A DNA stretch of 64,000 nucleotides from positions 16,956,633 through 17,020,632 of the forward strand of contig OZ037769.1 in NCBI GenBank assembly GCA_964035545.1. The letters are read 5' to 3'. Origin of the DNA: Bugula neritina (taxonomy: Eukaryota; Animalia; Bryozoa). Position 1 is the stretch's first letter, and each line of letters begins with the position of its first letter. A program made the translations under genes and the position numbers. The notes under the pieces were generated by a model that ran no database searches, was not told where the DNA came from, and saw nothing but the letters and a program-made list of their open reading frames with translations. Below are positions 1 through 13,450 of this stretch, piece by piece.

Positions 1-3000
1 GTATTAAACGATGTTATATAATATATAGAATATATAATATACTGTATACTGTGGCATGGTTTAAATCAATTTGTAAGCTATTTTCATATAACTTCATGGG
101 CTGTCATATGGCATCAATATTTATTATCAAAAGCTGATAATTATTGATAATATTGATATAAAATAAAACTATTGTCAACAAACAATTAATGAAGTGCTGC
201 ATTATCATTCCTCACATGCTAAAGAGTTAATACAGGTAGAATAAAATTTAGAACATAACCACAAAGTCTTGAAATAGTCAAGTTTTTTTCTACTACAAGC
301 TGGGATATCAGCTGGATACGCTCCTATATTTATAAATTCTAAGTTAAAAGAGCCACCACACTTGGTAAAGCTGACGCACTTTATTCTCATCAAATTCCCT
401 CTGGACTGATTGTATAAACAACGCAGCATAAAACTTTGTTGTTTTTTTCAAAAATATGTAATTACTTTTATTTATTAAAAGCACTCTAGGGTCATCAGAA
501 AATTTGTAACATGTCACTCTATGTATCAATGTCACACTGTGCTCCTGATGGTGATAAAGCACGGTTTATTGAATATAAATTGTAAACACATAAATACTTA
601 AGTAAGTTTGCTTTTCAACTTTGGGATTCAGGAATTCAGAAACTGATACTGAGTTGAAAAAACAATGACGACAAATTACCATCTTCAAATTTCTTTTATC
701 TTTAGACAGACACTTACGGTTTAGCCAATGAACTATACAACGAGACACCAAATTGCAAAGGCATGATATTTATAAAACTTTAGGCTTTAAAGCAAATAAT
801 ATTAGCAAGCTCATAGCTAACAAAATAAATCTACATAATAAATTTACCTTTTCTACCTTTAGTAAGAATTTAGGAACTCCTTGTTGAAATTTCAGACCGT
901 CTTTATCTCGTCAAATATAATGCTATCCAAAACCAAGAGATTAAACTTTCTCTCTCTTCATCTATCAGACAACTTACATAAGATTATTTGGGAGAGTGTT
1001 AATGGATTCCTCGGCCTGTAATATACACTAGCAACCTTTTCGGACCCAACGCTGTGTAACATTAGCTGTATAATCCTAACGCACTTCAACTCATGGCCAA
1101 AATTGTAAGTGGGCGGAGCTTAAAGCATAGACCAAAGTTTGTTGTCTGAAATAACACAGGTGAGGGGCAGCTGCTTGCTCCCCCCCACCTTCGTGGCTAA
1201 AGATTCTTGCAATTGAAAGTATTGTTACATTCGAAACCTAAAGAATGGCATGAAAGAATTGAAAAGAAGTTTTAAATCTGATATAAGAAGAGAATAGATT
1301 CCATAGATAGTATCCGGCTACTGTCTATATTCTAATCCTAGATAAATCTTAGCCCAGAAACCTAGTGAAATGTGAGGAGACAGGGCTATTCCTTTGCTGC
1401 CATCATAATCAAAGGACAGCAAGTAGGTTTCATAAGATAATATTTTCTATTATTCTCTGGAGTAGAGTACAGCATGCAACTTTCATATGACTTCACAGCT
1501 GTATTACATAATGCAATATTTGGAATTCCCGATTGCATAATATTTGGAAAACGCCAAATATATGTGAAAATTCTAGAAAAATTGCTATGATGGCAGAAAA
1601 CCGAACTGAAAGCCAGAAAGTGGAGAAGCCTGCAGCACCTTGCAACAGCAATTAATTTTAATGTCATGATGCATATGACACATGCTGCAGGTGTGTTCTT
1701 TGTGATTTGTCATCGCTAAAATATTCATATTCGCAGCTATTAGTATTTCCAGGGGATAGCATTTGATTAAATCATACGTCAGCCTGTCGCAAACATCCTT
1801 CTGTTCGTTATTAATAGCAAGCTTACGTCTGAGGTCTGCTGTGTGTCTTTATTCCCTCTACTTCCATCTTTATTGTTAACAAATCAACAGGTGGTCCCAC
1901 TTATTACAAAGTCAGACTATATCCCAAGTAAATAGTTGTAACTACAATTAGTGTGTTCTAGTTGCATCATCTATCAGTATTAGTTGCGTGACTATTGTTT
2001 GAATATTGATGCGTATTAATTTTAAACCTGATAGATGAGTCATTAAAGATATAAATAGCACTGGAGGAATTTAATGGAGGATAGAGTATAACTCCTAAAA
2101 TACTACAACCTATAGCTTCTTGATTTTTATTAAATCTTCAAGACTGCCCATTTATTGAATACAAATATTCATATATTTTTCTAATTTTTAGCAAATCCAA
2201 TGCTACAAAATCTGAGAGCAATTAAAAACCTCTGCCCCAAGTTATTTAGACATTATATCGCAATCTGATATAGCTCAACTGTCTCCAACAGTGATGTAGA
2301 AAGTGCTACACATAACTGTTTCTGGAATGCACTAAATTAATTCATCTCTTCTGCTGCCCCGTGCACGCTGACTTCTTGCACACCCCCAGCAGCAGTCTAT
2401 TCTTTGTGTTTGTTTAGCTGTTGTTATACAAAGTAATTCAATCAAACAGTTATGGAAATATGACTTCAAACATGAAACAATTAAACAATTAAATAAAAGT
2501 GGATCATCTATCCACTCTCTCAACAGGGGCTCAGTCAACCAGCTCAGTGGTGTTGATCAACACTTCACTCACAGTCATCCCTTTTATATAATCCAAGATT
2601 GTTCACTTCATAGTGGGCTGGAAAGGCTTTAATTCATGAGTGTGCAACTCCTTTAGCTCAAATGTTTATGTGAATACAGACTCAGATCATGCCTCAGGGC
2701 TGTTATTGTTCTAGTGGGTATAAGAAGGAGTCTGTGACTTGCCTATAGTATCAGCTGAGGGTCTGAGTCCTAGGTGTGAACAGCAATAGGAGGGCATTTA
2801 CTCACAATCACAAGAATTGTCTCCACATTGCAAGCACATATCAGTAATGTAGTAGAATAATTCACTCCCTTCTCTAAGCTTATATCAAGAGTAGCTTTAC
2901 TTATTATTAAAACTAGTTGGTCTCTTTTAGTACCTTGGATAAAAATTCACAAAATTGGAAAATCTAATTTCTAGAATAACAACAGCCCCCAGTTTCTGTC

Positions 3001-4659
3001 TGGTGCATGTCACATGACATTTAGCTGTTGATAAAAATGTTTGTTTACATAACAAAGTTAATCTATTTAGAAATAAGTTTTGGTAGTAAATTATAAATTA
3101 ATTTCATTTTGACATGTATACGGAATAATATAATTAACACTTGCTGCTTATTCTACTATTCTTACGTTTCCTTTGATGTATTAGACTAATTAGAGTTACC
3201 AAATTCTTTCTCTACTTGCAATTATATAAAGATTAATTATACCGAAAAGATATATCTGATATACATCAATACACACAATCTGAAGGGAAGATAACTCCAT
3301 GTTTTCAGATGCAACATTAAATGGCATGTGGTGTTAGAGAATTGAAAGGACAACTCCACTCTAGAAAAAAGTAAGTTTGATATGACATTCCTGGCAGACA
3401 CTTTGGACAATAACCCCACTGAACGAATATACAATTATTATCATGTGGTTCATAATACAGTTGCTTTTAATTACAAATAAGAAGATAACTTCTAAAATAT
3501 CCTTTAGCAAAATGTGAAAAGGCAAGTTTAAGGAGTTGTCTGTCCTGCAACATGCATAATATAGTATAGCGTTGTATTCTTGCCTCTAATAAGTGTTAGT
3601 TGTCAATTTGTTATTGTAGCTTCACCACCAACTGAACTTAGAGTATACTGCTGTTAAAAAATGGCTTTATTGTCACTATTGACTACTGTAATAACTTTTG
3701 CATTCTTAGTGGTGTAGACTCTTCAATATTTGTATTTCTTCATATAATAATATACTAAAATAATATGCTATTTTAAACATAGTATATTACGTTATATTAC
3801 AACATATTATCATGTTGTAATATATAACATAATATAATAATATAAAGTATTATAATATCAGTATGGTGTAATTTTTTACCCTACAATATTATGTACTATA
3901 TCATAACATATAAATGTTACAATTTACATTACTATGAAACATTAGTACAATAATTTTGTTGTAATATTTTCATATCATGATAATATGTTGTCATATTATA
4001 TTTCAACAAGCCTACTTTGATAGACTCATGGATAATAAAATATATTTGCTATAAATGTTTGGTTTAAAAATGTAATACCATGTTTTGTTGGAGGTTTTAT
4101 TTTAAGCATACAGTGTGTGTTGAGACACCCTGGAAGATGAATACAGGTATAACCACCAGATCTATAAACCAAACACTACACCAAATAATCTACTAACAGA
4201 AATATAGTAGAGACAATGGACATAGAAACTGTGAAGTGTTCACTTAGCAAACACTGAGACTCAGTAGGCCTACACACTATAAACTGGCCAGTTCTACTTT
4301 GTGGTAGATTAACAGCAAATTATTGACAACGTTCAGTTAACTTGTGAAGAATTGGCAGTGAGTTAAAGGTATTTGCAGTTATAACAACTGCAGGGGTCAT
4401 TAGTAATTTCTACACTTGCATGGAAGTCGAAGATAGGTATTATAGAAATGTATAATCACATAAATAAACTAATAAATATAGCAAGTTCTTATACAAGATT
4501 TTGTATTTTCAATATTTTTCCTCTATTGTATATAATTATTTTTAAAGTAATCCAGAATAAAATACTATAACATGAATTATTATGGAACATTATCTGTTCT
4601 AAAATATAATATTATATAGTTTATGGTCTAAACTTGCTGTAGGAATTTGCAAATGATTT

Positions 4660-4830
4660 TAGGTAAAAGTAACACAGGTAAAAACGGCACAGGTAATACT
4701 TGCACAAATGGAAAAGTAGGTAAAAATGGTGCACTGATGTTAAATTTTCCCAAATTCCAAACCCCAACCCCACCATTCCAAATCCCAACCCCACCCCAAA
4801 CCCTAATATTGCAAATATGCCCTTTTATGT
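4660..4830. repeat. Possible DNA-transposon subterminal fragment (GGTAAAA..GCACA repeats followed by C-rich AACCCC repeats)
   Basis: Several degenerate copies of ggtaaaaa(c/t)ggcac at 4662-4733, then aaccccaacccc/aaccctaa units; resembles ends of invertebrate non-autonomous elements; no partner end found. Confidence 0.35.
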
Positions 4831-5654
4831 AGACAAGTTCCATCTATATATGAAGGGCCACAGTCTACCCAGTTTAGAAGTATTTCAAGGATGGTTTGGT
4901 AGGTTTGACACTGTCCCCTACCAAACCATCTAAATCCAGAGTGCCCAAGGCTAAAATATACGTAGGCTATATCTGATAGCATTTTCTCCAAATTCTTGGC
5001 AAATATTATTTACTACTGTTCATAGTCAAAGTTTACATTCCTACAGATTAGATTTATGAAGCAAGAGCATATAAATCTAAGCGATTTGAAGAAATTTTCA
5101 ATTTAAGCAGATAATATCTCAAGCGTTACGCCCGTATCATGTTACCATAGAAACTAAAGAGGGTGGAAGATTCATCCCTCACATGAATAGATCTAAATGA
5201 AGATGTATTACAAGAAACTCTAATATAAGTGTTTTCCTACTTCAGTTTCCAATTATTCTCTAAATATATTATTTAGTAATTAACAAGACTAATAGTTGAA
5301 TAAATTTGAAAATAATGAGTAATTGAATTATAGAAATGTCAATAAATGTGTAGCATGTGATGTATTACATAGCGTGGCACCTTATTACTTGAGTCACCTT
5401 AATGGGTAATTTGTGATAAGCTCAACAAGTATTCGGTAGAGCACAAGCTAAACAAACATTCTGGTGGTTATCAAGTGCTACTCAAGAGCAGTAAACTGTA
5501 TGCATTGAGAGATTTGGGGTTTGCTTAGGCTTTAACTTCAGTACATATACTTACTCTGTTTGATTAGATGCTACCTTGATGCGTTAGGGTATATATAGGG
5601 GTGTCACTTGGTTTAGGACTTTAGGGGCTTTCTATGAGTAAAATGTAGTAATTT

Positions 5655-6095
5655 TGTAGAGGTAGCTTTGGTAATGTAGAGATAATGTAGAGGTAGTGTA
5701 GGGGTAATGTAGGGGTAATGTAGGGGTGGTGTAGGGGTGGTGTAGGGGTAATGTGGGGGTAATGTAGGGGTGGTGTAGGGGTGGTGTAGGGGTAATGTGG
5801 GGGTAATGTAGGGGTGGTGTAGGGGTAATGTGGGGGTAATGTAGGGGTGGTGTAGGGGTAATGTGGGGGTAATGTAGGGGTGGTGTAGGGGTAATGTGGG
5901 GGTAATGTAGGGGTGGTGTAGGGGTAATGTGGGGGTAATGTAGAAGTAATGTAGAGGTAATGTAGAGGTAGTGTAGAGGTAGTGTAGAGGTAATGTAGAG
6001 GTAATATAGAGGTAGTGTAGGGGTAATGTAAGGGTAATGTAGAGGTGATATAGGGGTAATGTAGGGGTGGCGTAGAGATAATGTAGGGGTGTGGG
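5655..6095 (+). repeat. 11-bp G-rich minisatellite (TGTAGGGGTAA / TGTAGGGGTGG variants)
   Basis: Directly visible array of about 40 units; explains spurious ORFs 5613..6155 and 5621..6148. Confidence 0.95.
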
Positions 6096-7425
6096 GAGGA
6101 GAATGTTAAAGTATGAGACTGCAGAGGGGTGTGAGAACAACTCAACATAAAACACAGCTTGGTATTTCTGTGGTTTGTGTTAAGTTACTACCAGCACTTC
6201 CCATATGATTGGACAGTTTAAGACTGGCTAGTTCCTACCAGCATAAGGACAGAGTATCAGACTAAGAGAGCAAAGGTTCTACACTGTAGACCAAGTTCCT
6301 TACATATTGCACAAAACACTAGTACATATTGGTTAGGATTATCAAATCTCCCATCTTCCTGTGTGTTGGTTAGAATATATTATAGGAATTTACATTTTCA
6401 TAATCGCAAACAATGCATCGTATAACAATAACTTATCACATGCAGTGTGTACTTCTTATAATTATTTCCTCTTATAAAGTATTATACTCTTTGTCATTTT
6501 GTGGTAACCATGCCATAACACCTAACAGCTACACTTTATCAAAAATAATACTGAATAAACTCTAAAGTAAGCCGAACCATTGCCCAGGTGCCATCAATTG
6601 TTTATGTATTTGTACATATTGTTTAGGTGTGGTTTTCATAAATTCCATATTATATGCACTGTTATGTAATATATTCCTATACATCAGAGTGTATTACAAC
6701 ACCAGAGGTCTTTTTATCATTATTGTTCTCAAATATGTTATATTTTTTCACCTCTCTGGTTTTCAAATAATGAGTTGCTACACTTGATAGAGCACACAGC
6801 ATAATATGATTGTTCGTAGCCATTATAGTATATTAATTACTCTGTAACACCTATAGCTGGTAACAGTTTTTCTATTCATTCAAGTTGGTCAGAAGAAATT
6901 TAAAATTGTCAGCAGATTATCAGCTATTCTCTGTTTCAGTGTATGACTCATAGCTTAGATCTGTATGACTCATAGCTAAGACTGGCTCACAATGGAAAAG
7001 TAGAGATATAAATTAAGAATTCTTACAATATTCTTCTATTGAGACTATCTATAGCATACAAATGGATGACACACCATGCGTCTTATAACAAATTATACAA
7101 AATACCCTGATCCCTTTATTTAGAAGATCTGTGATTGCAACTTCACAAATAACTTGGTAAGTACAGAGGTACAAAAAATTTGTAGAACTGCTATTATTAC
7201 AGTACTTTAAAACATTCACTAGCAGCTAGTGAGCACTAGTGTCTACGTATTATAACTGATTCATCCATAAACATAGATAATTCTATCATAAAAATTGTGT
7301 AAATATATAATAAGTGCAGGAAGACACCATAAATAAAGCTTCCTATGACATTACCATCTTTAAGTAAATTAAGAGTTTGATTCGTTGAGTCTATACTGAT
7401 TGTGGATTGATTATGCATGAAGTGG

Positions 7426-8415
7426 CTAAGGACTCTCCTTGATGCCTGAGTTCTCCTTTAGCCTAGCCTGAGACTCTACCTCCTTGTGTTTACCCCCTTC
7501 CTGAGACTGTTTCTTACTAGAGAACTCTAGATATGTGTAGACTACGCTAGCCGCAGCGCTGATATTTAGTCCAATAAAGTTCATCATACTAAACACATAA
7601 TCTCCGCCTATGAACATTCCCAGGTAGGTTATAAAGATATTCTTCATGACGCCAACTATGGTAGTGGTGAGGGCGGAGTTATACTGGGTGCACAGTACGA
7701 CGGAGTAGTTTAGGATAAATCCCATGACGCAGGCGATGACGAACTGGCCGGTAAACAGGAAATCTTCCCAGGGGGCGTGGAGAGCGAGCGAGAAACCATC
7801 TGTATAGAATACGAGAATGCCGGTAGGGATGACCATGAATAGTGAGTTATAGAAAAGAATTCCGTATTTCCCAAGTTTGGTGCCTTGCAACTTCTTCATC
7901 GTATAAACTCCGTTTAGAGCTGTTGCAATGTCACTAATAAACACCATTACATAACCGGGTAGGTTGAACGTCATGTCATACCAGGCAGCAAATATCGCCC
8001 CAAACACCATCATGTAGACTGTGAACTGCATGCTAAGGCTACGACTCTTGCCGAGCAGGATATACTCGAGGAACATAGTCATGAGTATGGAGAATCTACG
8101 TAGCACCGTGAACATAGGCAGGTTCAATCTTTTGGTACTGCCTAGACCGCAGATAATGTTACCGAGATATATTATTGGTAAAGGAAATATCTGATTAGTT
8201 GTATCTAGAGTTAGAGAAGGGAAGTCGACCAACTTGAATAATTTTCCTACTCCTAATATAAGTATAGTAGCTACCATCTGGCCAAATGCCAGAACTTCTG
8301 AGGGGAAAACATATGTAGTGAGAACTAGTTTGTTGATAACAACGATAGCGAATGACGACGCAGCGTAGAATATCGCCGTGGAGACTCGCTGAGCGAGGCT
8401 TGTCAGATTAGTCAT
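7426..8415 (-). CDS. SLC35D: SLC35D-family nucleotide-sugar (UDP-sugar) transporter, single coding exon, 329 aa
   Basis: Multi-pass hydrophobic ORF with family motifs NKxVLT.Y.FP, LNLPMFTVLRRFSI, LCTQYNSALTTTIVG, KNIFITYLGM..GGDY, GLNIS; probable 5'UTR intron acceptor near 8487. Confidence 0.92.
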   Translation of the reverse strand: MTNLTSLAQRVSTAIFYAASSFAIVVINKLVLTTYVFPSEVLAFGQMVATILILGVGKLFKLVDFPSLTLDTTNQIFPLPIIYLGNIICGLGSTKRLNLPMFTVLRRFSILMTMFLEYILLGKSRSLSMQFTVYMMVFGAIFAAWYDMTFNLPGYVMVFISDIATALNGVYTMKKLQGTKLGKYGILFYNSLFMVIPTGILVFYTDGFSLALHAPWEDFLFTGQFVIACVMGFILNYSVVLCTQYNSALTTTIVGVMKNIFITYLGMFIGGDYVFSMMNFIGLNISAAASVVYTYLEFSSKKQSQEGGKHKEVESQARLKENSGIKESP

Positions 8416-10297
8416 TGTCTCCCCTGGAACATAAATTAGATTGTCTCTATGGCAGGTTCAGGGGTAAAGCCCTCTGTTGGTGTTCTGCAATACAAGAAGA
8501 TAATGTGTCTCAAGTGCTTGAATAGTAAACCAACATGTCATGTACTTCAAGCAATCTGAACGGTCATGGATTCAAAGCAAATATGAAAATAATGAAATAT
8601 TATCTAAGCAACTTATCAACAAAACAAACTTGGCTAGTTGACAATATATTATGAAGTTAAAAAATTTTCATCAGAGTAAATTAAGCAAAGCCTGAATCTA
8701 TTAATGAGCCAAAATTATGAAATTTATATGATGCAAGTTGTGTATAAGCTTGTGGTTTTAAAAAGATACTCAAAACTAACCTAGTTATTTTACAGTTTAA
8801 TTAATCAATTTACAACATGATAATTACTAATCAATAGGCCTTACACATCTAGAATAAAATGACTTGATTAAAAGTAAATACAACTAAAAAAACACCTGAA
8901 AATTAAATAAATATAGAATATATTATAATCTTAAATCAGTATTAGTATAATACTACTAGTACTAGTAGTACTACTACTAATAGTATTATTTAAAAATAAT
9001 ATCACAATTATTATTAGTAATACTAATAGTTTAATAGTAATACTTAGTATCACTATTATAATTATACTAATACTAATAGTAATAGTAATACTAATAGTAT
9101 TAGTATTACAGTATTACTATTACTATTAGTATTACTATTAGTATTAGTATTACTATTATTACGAATCCCATTTTAACTACACAACGATCATGAAAAATTG
9201 CAAGTATAAATATTATAGATTAAGTATAAGTATTGCTATAGTTATAGTATAAGACTAAAATATTTAGTCTCGTATAGCAATCTTAATCTGAATATTCACC
9301 AACTATCAAGTGAAGATTTGTTTAGTATGTAGCGTTATTATATTGGCAATGCAGTGTCAAGGATTATTCAGAGTTTAAGCGGAAAAGCGTAGGCAAAAAT
9401 AGTAACTGTAGTTTTAATGATTACTTTTTGTTGCAAAACAAATTTCGGACTATTCAAAAGGACGAGGTAACTTTGTCAGACATTCTTTCATTCAATCTCA
9501 TTCTTTTTTGTTAATATAAGTATAAATTTAGTTATTGATAAATGACAAGTGCAACTATAAGTAATTTGACGCTAAGCCTAAAACTAAAAGCAACATGCTT
9601 TGTAGCTTAAATAGTTATTGCACTAAACTTGTCACACCAATAGGTAGACATTTTAAATTGTTTACCCGGAACCACATTCAACTCCATTCATTTTCAAGTT
9701 CCTTTCAGAATCACACCCACTGTCGGTCTCGTGCGCTTGCAGTCGGCGTCGTAAGCAGTTTTGGTCTGGTTCATAACTTAAAGCCTACTAAAAATCTTTA
9801 TGCAAAAACGTGTGTTTCCACTTTCTTATAGTTATTGCCTCGTATTCTGATTCAATCTTATTCTTTGTGCTATCCAGATATTTACAATCATAAAATTAAA
9901 AGTAAATTGTTGTCAAAATGCCTCTGTCAGTATCACTATGCTAGTTTAATAGTGAAATTGCAGTTTAGCATTAAAATACATTGTCACCATATTGCATTGA
10001 GTTTACAAGCTCAGGCTAGAGGTACTCGAGCTACGACACTGATTGAGTTTGATCAAATTAAACCCCATAGGTTTTGGTGGCTATGGAACGAATTTTGAAT
10101 GACTGGCTATTAGGCCTATATTCATATTAGAAAATGATGTTTTGGCATAACTGAGTGCCTTAACCGGTGTAACCTCAGTCAATGAAGTATTTAAGTTCAA
10201 TTAATGAGCAACTTTGAATATACATTCACTGTTTTGCAGCCCGACAAAGCTATTTTCAGCTACTCTCTCTCCTAATCAAACCCGATCACTGAGTACC

Positions 10298-13200
10298 ATG
10301 TCTGCCAAGAAGGAGTTTCAACGACTACCCAAAACTATAGTTCCCTCAAACTACAATGTTACCCTCACCCCCAACCTCCAAGACTTTACCTTTTCTGGTA
10401 ATGAGACCATATCAATTGAGGTCAGTTTTTAGATTGTAGTCATATTAGTTCTGTTTACTAATGAGAAATATTTTGAATTTCTTTTCTATACTAACCGTGA
10501 AACTGTAGATCCTATTTTACCACTTATTCTTCTCTGAAAAAGTGTAGGGGCAGCAAATATGAATCATCATTTTACTAAAAATGAAATGCTAGCGCTGTTG
10601 GTAGTTACTAGAGAACACATTACTTTATATTTAGCCACTACCCACTGTTGCCATGGTTACATGGTCTCGTACTGTTCAGTTACATGGTAGTTACCAATAG
10701 CAATAAATTAAATCTGTCAGTACACAGTGATTCTATTAATACTTTCTGTCATGTAGGGGGAGTGGGAGGAGTTATGTAAGTCACATGACTACTCCCACTC
10801 CTCCTTCAACTCAACACACTGCGTGTTTGGTTAGTCACCATGGGTTGGGGGAGGACTGGGTTATGGAGACAGAATAACATTAAACTTCTGACATAGCTGT
10901 GTATAATGTGTGTGTATATTCATACTGTCACATTAATCAGTTTGAATGGGTGTTTGTGAGTCAGTTAGACATTCGCGTTGATTAATCAAAAATACATTTG
11001 GTTGGTAGTTTTTGACTGATGAATACTTGGTATAAGGAAGCGTTTGACTCGGCTGTTTCAGCATTGTTGGCAATTGTCAACTGCAGATCTGAATTTAAAA
11101 ATCTAGTTAACAACTTTTCCAATAGCCAGCTACCCCTGCCTGCTCGGTAGATATTGAAAACACTAATTATAGTAGAAATACACTTTCATATCACCATAAC
11201 CATAAAAAACTTAAATTTAGCAATCTACTCTGTACACATACACATAGCTACATTATGAAATGTTAGTTATATGTAAATTACATTTCTCCAGTTTGCTGGC
11301 TGTACTTTCTTCATCCATGAATTAAACTGTATAATTTACATTTCAATTTGCCAACAAACTCTTATCTTGTCTGGACACAACAATACCAACTTTCTGTGAG
11401 TTGAAAGAAACTATAATTGCTTTTCATCTCTTCATGATTGACTTCACACCCACATCTTTAACAGAAAGACAATGTACATATAAAGGAAGTCTATACTCAC
11501 GGAGTGTGTATAGCTGTTACTCTATCACATTATAGTATTTATATTCCAGTGTATTATAACATGCAGGTGAAAGAGTCCACACCAGTTGTGATACTCAACT
11601 CTGCTGATATTGAGATTCAGTCAGTACAGTTCAGTGGAGGGGGCAAAGGTCAGTGGCAGCGTTACTATCCAATATACTGGGTAGACTTGAAATAAACTTC
11701 CTTTTACATGTTGAAACTCTGGTTATACTCCATATTCAACATTTATTTTATGTAGAACTTGAGGCTAAAGTTGAGCTAGATGCTGAGGCCGAGACGGCAA
11801 CCTTCACCTTCCCAGAAGCACTTCCTGTAAGAAATTATGTGATCACGTGTGCACAGAGCTGAATCTTTCTGTGTCGTTCTGATTTTTTCATAGTTTTGTT
11901 TATTGGTAATATATTTAACTACGCGGGGTAATACTAGATGGTGTGTTATGTTGCTATGCGGAGTAATACTAGATGGTGTGTTATGTTGCTATGCGGAGTA
12001 ATACTAGTTGGTGTGTTATGTTGCTATGCGGAGTAATACTAGTTGGTGTGTTATGCAGCAAGGGCAGGCAACTCTCTCAGTGCAGTTCACAGGATGTCTG
12101 AATGACAAGATGAAGGGTTTCTATCGGAGCAAGTACACTTCCCCAGATGGTGAGACCAAGCACGCCGCAGTCACCCAGTTTGAGGTACGGTAACCCCCTC
12201 CTTAAAGCATACTGTACTCTGTCTTTACCTTGCAGGCTAACAGTCGTGGTGACCTTAGTTTGGCCTTCACAGGTGTTATTAGTGACAATCTGCGAGGTTT
12301 CTATAGAGCCAAATATGTAGACCAGTCGAGTGGAGAGACAAAGTACAGTGCAGTCACAATGTTATGCGTGAGTTCTAGAGCTCAATGGTGCATGCTAGTA
12401 GACATCTCTGTACGCGATATACGGCTGCAGCAGGACGGAGTAGTTGTGTTGTGTTTCCTACATTCATTCATCATATCATAGTATCGTATCATATCACAGT
12501 ATCATATCACAGTATCATATCATAGTATCATATCATATTATCGTATCATATTGCAGTCTACTGATGCACGCAGAGCCATGCCTTGTTGGGACGAACCGGC
12601 TTGTAAAGCTTCCTTTGATGTCACTCTGATAGTACCTAAAGATAGGGTGGCCCTCTCCAACATGGTGAGTTGTAGTACTAGTAGTAGTAGTAGTAGTAGT
12701 AGCAGTAGTAGTAGTAGTACTAGCTCTCATAGTAGTAGTAGTAATAGTAGTAGTAGTAGTAGTAGTATATTACTGTATAAATATTTTAGCCTGTGATCAG
12801 TGAAAGCGAGACAAAGGAAGGGCTGCGTGCTGTCACCTTTGACCGCACCCCCATCATGTCTACCTACCTGCTGGCCTTCATAGTCGGGGAGTACGACTAC
12901 GTGGAGGACCGGGACAGTGACGGGGTGCTCATACGAGTCTACACGCCGGTCGGCAAACCGGAGCAAGGTCAATTCGCCTTGGAGGTCAGTCTAGCTCGTC
13001 TTCACAACTCCCGTGTTATCTATTCTCTTCTTATTGTGTGTGCTGACAGCTGAATCTGCTCTCTGAACACAAAGAGCAGGATGAACCTACAGTTGTACAG
13101 TAAACAGCTGCCCTGGGAGTTGTCGTCTCTCTACTGTATCATCACACAGGGAATACATTATGTAGTCTGAGATACTCTGTTGCAGGTGGCTAAGAAGACT

Positions 13201-13417
13201 CTGCCATTCTATAAAGAGTACTTTGGAATTGCCTACCCGCTGCCCAAAATGGACTTGATCGCTATTGCTGACTTCGCAGCAGGTATTTCCTGTCTTGCAG
13301 CGCCACCTGTACTGTTGTTATATATAGTAGAGGTCATTGTATTGTCTGAATAGTATTGGGATTACATGAAGAGATGCAGCGCTGTTGGCATACGAATAAT
13401 ACATACAATACAATGCT

Positions 13418-13450
<33 letters not shown>

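Noticed and set aside
1-4600. Short ORFs at window start
   Set aside because: No recognisable motifs or coherent exon chain; treated as non-coding
5613-6155. Long ORFs 5613..6155 and 5621..6148
   Set aside because: Translations of the 11-bp minisatellite
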